DNA of 57,831 nucleotides from Candidatus Wolfebacteria bacterium RIFCSPLOWO2_01_FULL_47_17b (GCA_001793865.1 MGIS01000023.1:1-57831), one strand, 5' to 3'; positions 16,124 to 25,635 are shown, counted from the stretch's first letter. A program made the numbers and translations. Notes: a model not told the origin generated them from the sequence alone.

Positions 16124-17970
16124 TACTCATCGCCCTCCATTGGCTTTTCGTCTTGAGGGCGCTCATTACTCTTATTATACATCTGCTGGCCAATTTTTTG
16201 TAGTTCGGCGGAGAGATCCTGTGTTTTGGAGGTTATGGCGTCTTTATCCTCCTTTTGAAGCGCGTCGCGCAAATCTTTAATTTTTGTTTCGAGGCCTTCT
16301 TTAAGCACTGCGTCTATTTTATCTTTCCATTCACCAATGCTTTTTTCGGCGAGGTATGCCGTCTGTTCGCCCTGGTTGCGAGCTTCGATAAGCTCCTTTT
16401 TTTTCTTATCTTCGTCGGCATGGGCCGCGGCCTCTTGCTTGAGCTTTTCAACCTCGTCTTTGGAAAGCTGGGTAGATGCCTCAATACGGATAGACTGTTC
16501 CTTGCCGGATGCCTTGTCCTTGGCGTGCACTTGCAGAATGCCATTCGCGTCTATATCAAACATAACTTCCACCTGTGGCACTCCGCGGGGCGCGGGAGGA
16601 ATTCCGTCCAGTATGAACCTACCCAGCGTTTTATTGTCGGCGGCCATAGGGCGTTCTCCCTGCAACACATGTATTTCCACAGATGTCTGATTGTCCGCAG
16701 CGGTGGAATAAACCTGGTTCTTGCTCGTAGGTATAGTGGTGTTCTTTTCAATCATGGGTGTAAATACACCCCCGAGCGTTTCAATGCCCAGTGACAGCGG
16801 AATCACGTCCAGCAGAAGCACATCCTTCACATCGCCCTGGAAAATGCCCGCCTGCACCGCCGCTCCAATTGCTACCACTTCATCCGGATTAATCCCCCGG
16901 TGCGGTTCTCTGCCGAAGAATTTCTTTACCTCCTCCTGGATGAGCGGCATGCGCGTCTGGCCTCCAACCATAATGATTTCCTGAATATCCGAAAGTTTGA
17001 ATTTCGCGTCTTCAATTACCTTCTTGACCAAATCAATGGAATGCACCACCAAGTCCCCCACCAAGTCCTCTAATTTCGCGCGGGTCATTTTCATAACGAA
17101 GTGCTTGGGACCGTTTGCGTCCGAGGTAACATACGGCAGGTTTATCTCCGTTTCCATGGCGGTTGAAAGCTCGTGTTTTGCCTTTTCAGCCGCTTCTTTA
17201 AGCCGCTGTACCGCGAGCGGATCTTTTGAAAGATCAGTTCCCTCGTTCTTTTTGTACTCATCCAGCAGAAACTCAATAATGCGTCCGTCAACGTCGTCTC
17301 CGCCCAGGTGTGTATCGCCCCCCGTAGCGCGTACTTCCACGACATCATCCCCTATTTCCAGCACCGACACGTCGAATGTTCCTCCGCCGAAATCATACAC
17401 CACGATTTTTTCATTCTTTTTCTTATTCAGTCCGTACGCGAGCGCGGCGGCGGTTGGCTCGTTGATAATACGGCGTACTTTGAGCCCGGCTATTTCTCCC
17501 GCGTTTTTGGTCGCTTGCCTTTGAGAATCGTCAAAATAGGCAGGCACGGTTATGACCGCTTCTTCTATTTTCTCGCCGAGTTTGGCTTCGGCGTCGGCTT
17601 TCATTTTACCCAGTACCATTGCCGATATTTCTTCCGGCTTGTACCAACGTTCTCCCATTTTTACTTCCACGCCTCCGCCGGATGATTCCTGCATTTCGAA
17701 CGGAAGCGATTTTTTGTCCTGCTGAACCTCAGAATCGGTGAATTTTCTCCCGATAAAACGTTTGACTGAATAGACGGTGTTTTTTGGATTCACCACCGAT
17801 TGGCGTTTTGCCAAAAGCCCTACCAGCCGTTCCTGTGACTTGCTCAGAGCAACCACCGATGGGGTTGTGCGGTTTCCTTCCGCGTTTTCAAGCACCTTCG
17901 GTTCGCCTCCTTCCACGATCGCCGCCGCGGAATTTGTTGTCCCTAAATCAATTCCTAAAATTTTCGCCAT
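16123..17970 (-). CDS. dnaK: chaperone DnaK (Hsp70)
   Basis: [14 protein letters not shown]..., [10 protein letters not shown], full-length 615 aa. Confidence 0.98.
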   Translation of the reverse strand: MAKILGIDLGTTNSAAAIVEGGEPKVLENAEGNRTTPSVVALSKSQERLVGLLAKRQSVVNPKNTVYSVKRFIGRKFTDSEVQQDKKSLPFEMQESSGGGVEVKMGERWYKPEEISAMVLGKMKADAEAKLGEKIEEAVITVPAYFDDSQRQATKNAGEIAGLKVRRIINEPTAAALAYGLNKKKNEKIVVYDFGGGTFDVSVLEIGDDVVEVRATGGDTHLGGDDVDGRIIEFLLDEYKKNEGTDLSKDPLAVQRLKEAAEKAKHELSTAMETEINLPYVTSDANGPKHFVMKMTRAKLEDLVGDLVVHSIDLVKKVIEDAKFKLSDIQEIIMVGGQTRMPLIQEEVKKFFGREPHRGINPDEVVAIGAAVQAGIFQGDVKDVLLLDVIPLSLGIETLGGVFTPMIEKNTTIPTSKNQVYSTAADNQTSVEIHVLQGERPMAADNKTLGRFILDGIPPAPRGVPQVEVMFDIDANGILQVHAKDKASGKEQSIRIEASTQLSKDEVEKLKQEAAAHADEDKKKKELIEARNQGEQTAYLAEKSIGEWKDKIDAVLKEGLETKIKDLRDALQKEDKDAITSKTQDLSAELQKIGQQMYNKSNERPQDEKPMEGDE

Positions 17971-18008
17971 AATTTTTAGTTTATAAAAAATAGTTATATT
18001 ACTAATCT

Positions 18009-18073
18009 GTCATTCTGAACGCAGTGAAGAATCTTCTGGTTTCTTTGCGATCCTTCGCTTCGCTCAGGATGAC
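18009..18073. repeat. imperfect 25-nt inverted repeat of the GTCATYCTGARCG family in the grpE-dnaK spacer
   Basis: gtcattctgaacgcagtgaagaatc ... gatccttcgcttcgctcaggatgac. Related ends at 18595-18622 and 27565-27575. Confidence 0.75.
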
Positions 18074-18083
18074 GGCATAGCCG

Positions 18084-18524
18084 TCACTTAGCCACCTTTA
18101 CCCTCGCTGCCCGGATGACCTTGTCTCCGAGCCGATACCCTCTCTCCACCTCTTCAACAATCGTGCCCAGTTCCTGATTGCTTTCCACGCTCGCGACCGC
18201 TTCGTGCACAGATGGATCAAAAGGATCTTGTGCTTTGACGGGTATCCGCTCAAGTCCGTACTTTTTGAGCACATCTTCCATCTGTGAACGGATCAAGTAT
18301 ACCCCGCGTTCTACCTTTTTATCCTCGCCAAGAGATTCCAGCGCAAGGTCAAATGAGTCAAGCACCGGTAGCAAGTCTCGGATAAGCTGTTCGTTGGAAA
18401 GCTTCAGAATGTTCTCCACGCGCTTGAGCTCATCTTTTTTATAATTGCTGAAATCCGCTTTCGCGCGCTTCCAGCCGTCGAGATATTCGTCCCGTTCTTT
18501 TTTGAGTTTTTCTAATTCTTCCAT
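18084..18524 (-). CDS. grpE: nucleotide exchange factor GrpE (short form, 146 aa)
   Basis: RAKADFSNYKKD..., FDP..HEAV, and its position upstream of dnaK. Confidence 0.93.
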   Translation of the reverse strand: MEELEKLKKERDEYLDGWKRAKADFSNYKKDELKRVENILKLSNEQLIRDLLPVLDSFDLALESLGEDKKVERGVYLIRSQMEDVLKKYGLERIPVKAQDPFDPSVHEAVASVESNQELGTIVEEVERGYRLGDKVIRAARVKVAK

Positions 18525-18533
18525 TCGATACGT

Positions 18534-18561
18534 ATTGTAGTCGTATTTTAATGTATGTCAA
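18534..18561 (-). promoter_or_regulatory. promoter TTGACA-16-TACAAT of the grpE-dnaK-dnaJ operon
   Basis: ttgaca (18556-18561), 16-nt spacer, tacaat (18534-18539). Only 9 nt separate the -10 box from the grpE ATG. No CIRCE element seen. Confidence 0.6.
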
Positions 18562-18564
18562 TAA

Positions 18565-18592
18565 TAAAAAAGAGGCAGATAATTTCTGCCTC
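18565..18592 (-). terminator. intrinsic terminator of 18630..19388
   Basis: Minus strand gaggcag aaattat ctgcctc tttttt. Confidence 0.65.
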
Positions 18593-18629
18593 CTGTCATT
18601 CCGTGCTTGACACGGAATCCATTCTTAAT

Positions 18630-19388
18630 TTACTTCGCCTCCTGCCAGATGTATCCCCTGGACACAAGGGAATCTGCGGTGCTTCCGTTCCTTCCATAAA
18701 TAACAGCTTTCTTTTCCATTCCTTCGAACACATGGATTCGAGGGTAGGGTAAGTGGAATATGTGTAATTTGTATTCCTTCGTATCAGCATTATATGACTG
18801 CAAGGAGACAGTGGCGCTGGTGCTATCCATCCTGATAATCCCCGACACGAATTTTATCGTGTCTACGGTTTGCATGTGGACCGTTTCCATCCCTGGGGTC
18901 GTTTGTTTCTGGCTTTTGGTGAGTCCATTTTCATCGGATACAGATTCCGTATCCGAATTAGAAATCAAGGAAACGAAAAGCCATGCAATTAAGCCAACGA
19001 CTATTATTAAAGTAGCGGCAAAGGCGTGAATTTTATGATCTTTCCATAGCGGCGTTTTATTTAAGGATGAATCCCCCTCGCGTTCTAGTTTACTCTTTTT
19101 GTCCCAATACCAACCTGGAACCTCTTTCTTAAACTGGTGCAGAATTTCATACTTATTTTTCTTGAACATCTTCTCTATTTCAGATATTCTCCTTTCCTGG
19201 TCCACTGATGGAACGGACTCAAGAGCAAGTTTTGCCAATTCTTCAAGCAGAGGTTTTATCTGGGAAAGAGGTGGGTTGTCATTTTCAACATCCCCGTTCT
19301 CATCGAATTTTACTACTTTTTTACCTGTGCCTGCGTCTTCATTCTCCCCTAATAACTTTTTCTTATTAATCATATTGTCGTCCATCAC
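18630..19388 (-). CDS. hypothetical single-pass membrane protein (252 aa)
   Basis: Central TM IHAFAATLIIVVGLIAWLFVSLI. Start overlaps the upstream ORF by 4 nt. Confidence 0.65.
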   Translation of the reverse strand: MMDDNMINKKKLLGENEDAGTGKKVVKFDENGDVENDNPPLSQIKPLLEELAKLALESVPSVDQERRISEIEKMFKKNKYEILHQFKKEVPGWYWDKKSKLEREGDSSLNKTPLWKDHKIHAFAATLIIVVGLIAWLFVSLISNSDTESVSDENGLTKSQKQTTPGMETVHMQTVDTIKFVSGIIRMDSTSATVSLQSYNADTKEYKLHIFHLPYPRIHVFEGMEKKAVIYGRNGSTADSLVSRGYIWQEAK

Positions 19389-19810
19389 ACATCCACCTCC
19401 TTTTTCCCTTTTTTCATTCTTGTTTCCATTTCCTTCTCTATGAGGAGCTGAATAGATTCTATGATCTCAATATGTTTCACTGTGTCTACATACAATGCAT
19501 TGGGAATCTTTGAGAAATCATTGAAGGCGTAAAGAGATTTGACGAAAAAGCCGTGTATTTTTGAAGTGTAATTTTCTTCTATATAACAAAAATCTTCTGC
19601 GTTATCCTGTTTTCCGTACCTAACGGCAAACGACTTTTTTACAATTTCATCAACGTCCATAAATTTCTTCCTACGAACCTTTGATGGCCCACTCAAAAGA
19701 AAAGATACCTTCTTTTTTCCTTCCAATGAATAGAACGTGAATTCTGTTGTCCCTTCATCGAAAAGATCAAGAAGGTGATCAATTGCTTGCGATACAGACA
19801 GTACTTTCAT
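19385..19810 (-). CDS. hypothetical protein (141 aa)
   Basis: Strong SD aaaggaggt and a consensus promoter upstream. Confidence 0.7.
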   Translation of the reverse strand: MKVLSVSQAIDHLLDLFDEGTTEFTFYSLEGKKKVSFLLSGPSKVRRKKFMDVDEIVKKSFAVRYGKQDNAEDFCYIEENYTSKIHGFFVKSLYAFNDFSKIPNALYVDTVKHIEIIESIQLLIEKEMETRMKKGKKEVDV

Positions 19811-19852
19811 GAGACCTCCTTTTTATTTTGTTTTAATTTCCTACTGGTGTAG

Positions 19853-19881
19853 AGTATATGCTATAATGTCTATATTGTCAA
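19853..19881 (-). promoter_or_regulatory. promoter TTGACA-17-TATACT
   Basis: Minus strand ttgaca (19876-19881), 17-nt spacer, tatact (19853-19858). Confidence 0.65.
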
Positions 19882-19886
19882 TACCC

Positions 19887-19915
19887 TTGACTTCCCTTTA
19901 TTTATAAGGTAACCT
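19887..19915 (+). promoter_or_regulatory. divergent promoter TTGACT-17-TAACCT
   Basis: ttgact 19887-19892, taacct 19910-19915. SD aagagga lies before ATG 19954. Confidence 0.45.
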
Positions 19916-19953
19916 TTACACTAGCGTTTTACAATTAAGATAAAGAGGATGTC

Positions 19954-20421
19954 ATGAATCTCAATGAAGCATGCAGGCACGGAGGGGAGATTCGAAGGCT
20001 GGAAATTCTCGACGTGGTAGAGATCGTGCACTATGAAGCCAGAGAATTATCAAGGTCGCTTGAAGAAAAGCTGGTGTTTAAGTTTTGTTTGGGTTCCAAT
20101 CTCTATGAGGAAATTCCTCTCTCGTTTGGCGCTCAATTAACGGAGTATTGTTCGGTGTTAAATAAGGCGGATAATGCCGTGCGAAGCGCGCATGAGGTAG
20201 TTGTTATTTTTCCTAGGCGATTTGGTGTCCCTCCGCGGAGATTTACATTCACTGATATGCCGACAGAAGCGGCTGGAGCGCATCTCATAGAGCAACTACA
20301 GAGGATGAGCCCTGATGAAATTATGCAACATTTTAAAAACACTTGGGACAATCAGGGAGAGCAGATAGAGGCCAAGAAACTTCCATCAAATGTTTTCACT
20401 ATATCAGGGAGAGCGATCTAG
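19954..20421 (+). CDS. hypothetical protein (155 aa)
   Basis: ORF with SD, followed by a terminator. Confidence 0.65.
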   Translation: MNLNEACRHGGEIRRLEILDVVEIVHYEARELSRSLEEKLVFKFCLGSNLYEEIPLSFGAQLTEYCSVLNKADNAVRSAHEVVVIFPRRFGVPPRRFTFTDMPTEAAGAHLIEQLQRMSPDEIMQHFKNTWDNQGEQIEAKKLPSNVFTISGRAI

Positions 20422-20469
20422 AAAAACTCTGCCTGCATCCCATATTATTTTTTCCGGCACTTTGATCGG

Positions 20470-20498
20470 AGCTCCGACTGAAACGTCGGAGCTTTTTT
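20470..20498 (+). terminator. intrinsic terminator
   Basis: agctccgac tgaaac gtcggagct tttttt. Confidence 0.75.
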
Positions 20499-20499
20499 A

Positions 20500-20529
20500 C
20501 CCCCACACCAAACTTGTTTGGTGTGGGGG
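20500..20529. repeat. C5ACACC/GGTGTG5 hairpin family, copy 1
   Basis: cccccacaccaaa cttg tttggtgtggggg. Confidence 0.85.
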
Positions 20530-20552
20530 TGTACTTTATACTGAATATGCCT

Positions 20553-21995
20553 ATGAAGTTATTTAATACTTTCTCCCGCAAACTCGAAGAATTGCATCCT
20601 ATCACGGGCAAAACCGCCCGCGTGTATTCCTGCGGGCCGACCGTGTACAACTACGCGCATATCGGCAACCTGCGGGCGTATGTATTCACCGATACGCTCG
20701 CGCGTTCACTCGCGTATCTTGGCTATGGCGTACGGCATGCGATGAATATCACCGATGTGGGACACCTCACGTCCGATGCCGATGAAGGCGAAGACAAGCT
20801 CGATACGGCGGCGAAGCGTGCGCGCAAAGATCCGCTTGAAATTGCCCGCGCGTACGAACAAGCGTTTTTTTCGGATATCCAAACACTCAATATCAAAAAA
20901 CCCGCGCATATAAAGCGCGCTACCCAAACCATTAAAGATCAGCTTGCCATTATTAAGCTCCTCGAAAAAAAAGGGTATACATACAAAACAACCAAAGCAG
21001 TTTATTTCGATATTTCGATATTTCGAAATTATGGCCTTTTGTCCGGACAGAAGCTGGACCAGAAGAAGACGCTTTCACGCGACGAGCTTGTGGAAGACCC
21101 AAATAAAAAACATCCGCAGGATTTTGCATTGTGGATGTTTACTGTCGGAAAGCACACGCACCATATCCTCCGCTGGCCGTCGCCGTGGGGAGAGGGATTT
21201 CCGGGCTGGCACATTGAATGCTCGGCTATATCGCGAAAACTTTTGGGACAGCCATTTGATATACACACGGGCGGCGTAGATCACATAGGCGTGCATCACG
21301 AAAACGAGATCGCACAAAGCACCGCCGCGTTCGGCACTCCCCTGGCGCGCATCTGGATGCACAACGAACACCTGCTCGTGGATAACGCCAAGATGAGCAA
21401 GTCGCTCGGCAATGTATATACGCTTGCAGATATTATAAAAAAACATATCGATCCCCTCGCGCTCCGCTATTTCTGCCTGCAGGCACACTACCGATCGTTG
21501 CTGAATTTTACCTGGGAGGGACTGGAAGCAGCTCAGACCGCGCTGGAAGAACTGAGAAAGTTTATGGGAACCACTTTTGTAAAAAATGCGGATTCTAAGA
21601 TTCAACCTTCCCAGACCAAGGTTGAACCTCGAATTAAAAAATACAAAAGCGACTTTCGCGCGACTATTTCTGCTGATCTCAACACACCCCAAGCACTCGC
21701 GGTCGCATGGCAACTTGTGAAGGATGCGAGTATTCCTCTTGAGGACCGCCAGAAACTTATGTTGGAGTTTGACAAGGTGTTTGGACTGGGTCTTTCCGCG
21801 TACCAAACGAAAGTGATTCCTCCAGCAATAAAGCGGCTTTTGCGGGATCGCGCGCTGGCCCGGAGCAATGCACAGTTTATGCAGGCAGACGGGTTGCGAA
21901 ACAAAATAAAATCGTTAGGATACAGCATAGATGACGCTCCCGAGGGGACGTATCTATGCTACTATGAATCCCAAACTTCCACCTCAAGACCTTGA
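20553..21995 (+). CDS. cysS: cysteinyl-tRNA synthetase
   Basis: MKLFNTFSRKLEEL..., HIGH-type AHIGN, KMSKS. Track ORF starts at 20514; ATG 20547 or 20553 is more likely by N-terminal similarity. Confidence 0.95.
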   Translation: MKLFNTFSRKLEELHPITGKTARVYSCGPTVYNYAHIGNLRAYVFTDTLARSLAYLGYGVRHAMNITDVGHLTSDADEGEDKLDTAAKRARKDPLEIARAYEQAFFSDIQTLNIKKPAHIKRATQTIKDQLAIIKLLEKKGYTYKTTKAVYFDISIFRNYGLLSGQKLDQKKTLSRDELVEDPNKKHPQDFALWMFTVGKHTHHILRWPSPWGEGFPGWHIECSAISRKLLGQPFDIHTGGVDHIGVHHENEIAQSTAAFGTPLARIWMHNEHLLVDNAKMSKSLGNVYTLADIIKKHIDPLALRYFCLQAHYRSLLNFTWEGLEAAQTALEELRKFMGTTFVKNADSKIQPSQTKVEPRIKKYKSDFRATISADLNTPQALAVAWQLVKDASIPLEDRQKLMLEFDKVFGLGLSAYQTKVIPPAIKRLLRDRALARSNAQFMQADGLRNKIKSLGYSIDDAPEGTYLCYYESQTSTSRP

Positions 21996-23316
21996 TGCCG
22001 AAAAGTCGGTACTCGGGGCACTTATGATCGATAAGCACGCGATATCCAGAGTCGCGGACGTGCTGAGTCCGCAGGATTTTTATGCTCCCGCCCATCAGAA
22101 AATTTTCTCTGCCATACTGGAACTTTTTTCAAAAAACAACCCCATCGATATTTTGAGCGTGACGGACGTGCTCAAATCCCGACATGATATTGATCGTGTC
22201 GGTGGCTCAGCCTACTTGGGGGATCTTATTAATACCGTTCCTTCCGCGTCCCACATCGCGCATTATGCAAAAATGGTGCGCGAAAAGCGCGTGCTCCGCG
22301 ACCTTATTACCGTTGCCGCTGATATTGAAGAATCGGTATTTACCAAAGGCACGAGTACCGAACACCTCATAGACCAAATCGAACAGCGGGTGTTTTCGGC
22401 GTCGATGAAATCGCAGGATAGAAACTTCGTACACATTAAAGACGAACTGCATGAAGCATATGAGCGTATTGAAAAGATCCACCAGGGCGAGGCGGGCGGG
22501 TTACGCGGCGTAACGACTGGTTTCCAGGGTTTGGACAATTACCTATCCGGATTCCAGAAATCTGACCTTATTATGGTTGGCGCGCGTCCATCGCTCGGCA
22601 AAACGACGCTCGCGTTGGATTTTATCCGCAATGCCGCGACAAAAGGCAATGTGCCGGTGGGGCTTTTTTCTCTCGAAATGTCCAAAGATCAGATTATTGA
22701 TCGCTTTATCGCCTCCGAAGCGGGCATCCCGCTGTGGAAGATGCGCACCGGACGACTCAACCGAGAATCTGATTTTGAACCAATTCAGACGGCGCTGGAT
22801 CGGCTGTCCAAAATCCCCGTGTATATAGATGACACGCCGGGGCTGACGATTATGCAGATCCGCTCCATCGCGCGGCGGCTTTTGTCCGAACACGGATTGG
22901 GGCTTCTGGTGATTGACTACGTACAGCTGATCCAGCCGATGAGCAATACCGACAATATCGTTCAGCAATTCACTGAAATCAGCCATGGGCTGAAAGCCCT
23001 TGCGCGCGAGCTTGCGATTCCCGTATTGGCGCTTTCCCAGCTGAACCGAAACGTTGATTCTCGTGAATCACAAATGCCGAAACTATCAGATCTTCGGGAA
23101 AGCGGCAGTTTCGAACAAGATGCAGATGTCGTTATGCTCATCCACCGCAAATCAGCGGGACGAACGGAACCGTCGCTTGATGAAGAAAATATGACATCGC
23201 TTATTATAGCCAAGCACCGCAACGGCCCCATCGGCACCGTGGATCTTAAATTCGACCAGGAACGCGTAACGTTCAAGGAAGTGGAGAAGAAATACAAACC
23301 GCTGGAGGAGTATTAA
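21964..23316 (+). CDS. dnaB: replicative DNA helicase DnaB
   Basis: PPQDLDAEKSVLGALMID, Walker A GARPSLGKT. Start MNPKLPP at 21964 (track 21931). Overlaps the cysS end by 32 nt. Confidence 0.95.
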   Translation: MNPKLPPQDLDAEKSVLGALMIDKHAISRVADVLSPQDFYAPAHQKIFSAILELFSKNNPIDILSVTDVLKSRHDIDRVGGSAYLGDLINTVPSASHIAHYAKMVREKRVLRDLITVAADIEESVFTKGTSTEHLIDQIEQRVFSASMKSQDRNFVHIKDELHEAYERIEKIHQGEAGGLRGVTTGFQGLDNYLSGFQKSDLIMVGARPSLGKTTLALDFIRNAATKGNVPVGLFSLEMSKDQIIDRFIASEAGIPLWKMRTGRLNRESDFEPIQTALDRLSKIPVYIDDTPGLTIMQIRSIARRLLSEHGLGLLVIDYVQLIQPMSNTDNIVQQFTEISHGLKALARELAIPVLALSQLNRNVDSRESQMPKLSDLRESGSFEQDADVVMLIHRKSAGRTEPSLDEENMTSLIIAKHRNGPIGTVDLKFDQERVTFKEVEKKYKPLEEY

Positions 23317-23415
23317 TTGAATTAGAGGTTTGGATGCGGATGGTTTGAAATTTACGAGGATTAGCCTCGTAAGATCCTCTTTATACTTTCTCCTTTCTCC
23401 TCTATACTTACGCAT

Positions 23416-24015
23416 ATGATCCCGGACGAAATCAAACACTTTGTGGCGTTGTTTTCAAAACTGCCCTCAATCGGGCCACGAGCTGCAACACGATTGGCAT
23501 TCCGGCTTGTTTCAAAAGGATCCGGGCCCGTACAGATGCTTGCAAAAGCGTTATTTGACCTTTCAAAACTCAAGCTCTGCAAAGAGTGCTTTTTTGTTCA
23601 TTCCAACGAAGGACCGCTGTGTGGCATCTGTAGCGACACAAAGCGTCACACCGGAACCTATATGGTTGTTGAAAAAGAAACTGATTTGATGACTATTGAA
23701 AAGACCCACGCGTTTGATGGTGTATATCTTATTATAGGAGAGCTCACCCGAAGCGGCGTGCTGGAAGACGAGCAGAAAAGTAGGCTTGAGGTACTGAAAA
23801 ACACGATTAGCAAAAAATCGAATGGCACGGCGCGGGAAATAATTTTGGCCTTAAACCCCACCACCTACGGCGACATAACCGCCTCGCTTATACAAAAGGA
23901 ATTAGCTCCGTTCGCGCAAAAAATATCCCGCATCGGACGGGGCATCCCCACGGGAGGCGAGATAGAGTTTGCGGACGAAGAAACATTGCATCATTCTCTT
24001 CTTCGAAGAGAATGA
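23416..24015 (+). CDS. recR: recombination protein RecR
   Basis: LPSIGPRAATRLAF helix-hairpin-helix, Cys4 C..C...C.IC, Toprim VVEKETD. Confidence 0.93.
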   Translation: MIPDEIKHFVALFSKLPSIGPRAATRLAFRLVSKGSGPVQMLAKALFDLSKLKLCKECFFVHSNEGPLCGICSDTKRHTGTYMVVEKETDLMTIEKTHAFDGVYLIIGELTRSGVLEDEQKSRLEVLKNTISKKSNGTAREIILALNPTTYGDITASLIQKELAPFAQKISRIGRGIPTGGEIEFADEETLHHSLLRRE

Positions 24016-24060
24016 TTCGTATTCCGTATTCGGTATACTGTATACGGTATTCGGCATACG

Positions 24061-24099
24061 ACAAACATAAAATCCGCATTATGCGGATTTTATGTTTGT
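24061..24099. terminator. bidirectional terminator shared by recR and rplU
   Basis: acaaacataaaatccgca tta tgcggattttatgtttgt. The 3-nt loop is the rplU stop codon. Confidence 0.7.
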
Positions 24100-24396
24100 T
24101 ATTTTCACCTCCGTGAACGGCTGGCGATGGCCTTTTAACTTGCGGTAGCGCGTCTTGGAATGGTACTTGAATACGATCTTCTTTTTATCACGCGCCTGGC
24201 GCATAATCTCGCCTTCCACGGCCGCTTTTGCCACAGTCGGCGTACCGACCGTGCAGGAGCCTTCGTCCCCCACCAAAAGCACGTCCGAAAACGATATCTT
24301 GTTTCCGGCTTCGCCGGTGAGTTTTTCAATTTTGATTGTATCGTTGGGAGAAACAATATACTGTTTTCCGCCCGTTTTAATAACCGCAAACGTCAT
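24079..24396 (-). CDS. rplU: 50S ribosomal protein L21
   Basis: MTFAVIKTGGKQYIV... Confidence 0.95.
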   Translation of the reverse strand: MTFAVIKTGGKQYIVSPNDTIKIEKLTGEAGNKISFSDVLLVGDEGSCTVGTPTVAKAAVEGEIMRQARDKKKIVFKYHSKTRYRKLKGHRQPFTEVKITNIKSA

Positions 24397-24418
24397 AATG
24401 TTTAAGATGCTACCAGAT

Positions 24419-24757
24419 TCAGTTCAGATTTGCAATAGATGAGATATATATGAGCGCAAGGACCCCGATCCATACATTTACGTATGACAGCATATATGAA
24501 AGCAGTCGCTCACGGGCATACGAAGCCCGTGCAAGGAACATATTCAACAGAAAAAACACCCATGCCGCTCCTGCCTCAAAAAAGACTTCTTTGCGCGGGC
24601 CGGTGAGGTCTATCTGCCCTTGTGTGTCTTCATGCAGAATGAGCCGGTCGGACACTTCGCTGAATTCGGTGAACCCCACAAAAAACGCGATAGCAAAAAG
24701 TATGCATGCGATAAGAAACGGGGCATATATATGGGGGTTTCGGTAGAAGGATTTCAT
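24419..24757 (-). CDS. hypothetical membrane protein (112 aa)
   Basis: Three to four hydrophobic segments. Confidence 0.65.
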   Translation of the reverse strand: MKSFYRNPHIYAPFLIACILFAIAFFVGFTEFSEVSDRLILHEDTQGQIDLTGPRKEVFFEAGAAWVFFLLNMFLARASYARERLLSYMLSYVNVWIGVLALIYISSIANLN

Positions 24758-24790
24758 AGCGATTCATTTTAGTTTATACTACTATCATCT

Positions 24791-25624
24791 ATGCAACAAC
24801 TGGTGCTGCGACACGTGCAAAATTATGAGCTCCTTGATTCCGGAGGTGGGGTTAAGCTTGAGCGGTTCGGCTCCTACATACTTTCCCGCCCCGACCCCAA
24901 CGCCATATGGAACAAGCGGCTGCCGGACACCGAGTGGCGCAAAGCGGACGCGACTTTTACGAAGGGCTGGGACAATAAGCGGGTGCAGGAGCCGTGGACG
25001 TTTGCGTATGAACAACTTTCACTTCTTTTAAAGCTTACGCCGTTCAAACATACGGGGCTGTTTCCCGAACAGATAGAAAACTGGGAGTGGTTCGGAGATC
25101 TTTTACGCGGGCGCAAAGACCCCAAAATACTCAATTTATTTGGTTATACCGGGGGTGCAACATTGTATACCGCCGCGTGCGGTGCCACCGTCACGCATAT
25201 AGACGCGTCAAAGCCCGCCATGATTTGGGCACACGAGAGCCAGGAAGCGAGCAAACTGACTGCCGCGCCCATACGCTGGATAACGGACGACGCGCTCGCG
25301 TTCGCCAAGCGCGAAGTTCGGCGCGGGAACACGTACGACGGCATCATATTGGACCCTCCCTCATTTGGCAGATCGCCGAAAGGAAAGGTGTTTAAATTCG
25401 AAGAAGATATGCATCCCCTGTTGGATACCATCCGACAACTGCTTTCCAAAGAACCGTTGTTTATACTTTTAAACTCATATGCAACTGGATTTTCAGCCGA
25501 AACGATCAAGAATCTCGTCGCCGACCATATCCGTGGGACGTACGAATACGGCGAACTCAACATCAAAGAATCCCACACCGACCGCCTGCTCCCCTGTAGC
25601 CAATTCGTGCGGGTGATGTTTTGA
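24791..25624 (+). CDS. class I SAM-dependent methyltransferase (RlmI/YwbD-like)
   Basis: LNLFGYTGGATL..., ILDPPSFGRS. Confidence 0.8.
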   Translation: MQQLVLRHVQNYELLDSGGGVKLERFGSYILSRPDPNAIWNKRLPDTEWRKADATFTKGWDNKRVQEPWTFAYEQLSLLLKLTPFKHTGLFPEQIENWEWFGDLLRGRKDPKILNLFGYTGGATLYTAACGATVTHIDASKPAMIWAHESQEASKLTAAPIRWITDDALAFAKREVRRGNTYDGIILDPPSFGRSPKGKVFKFEEDMHPLLDTIRQLLSKEPLFILLNSYATGFSAETIKNLVADHIRGTYEYGELNIKESHTDRLLPCSQFVRVMF

Positions 25625-25635
25625 TTCTGGTCAAG

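Noticed and set aside
24013-25624. Alternative genetic code (UGA sense, as in Gracilibacteria/Absconditabacteria)
   Set aside because: TGA terminates recR (24013-24015) and the methyltransferase (25622-25624) at the expected protein ends. All housekeeping ORFs are intact under code 11.
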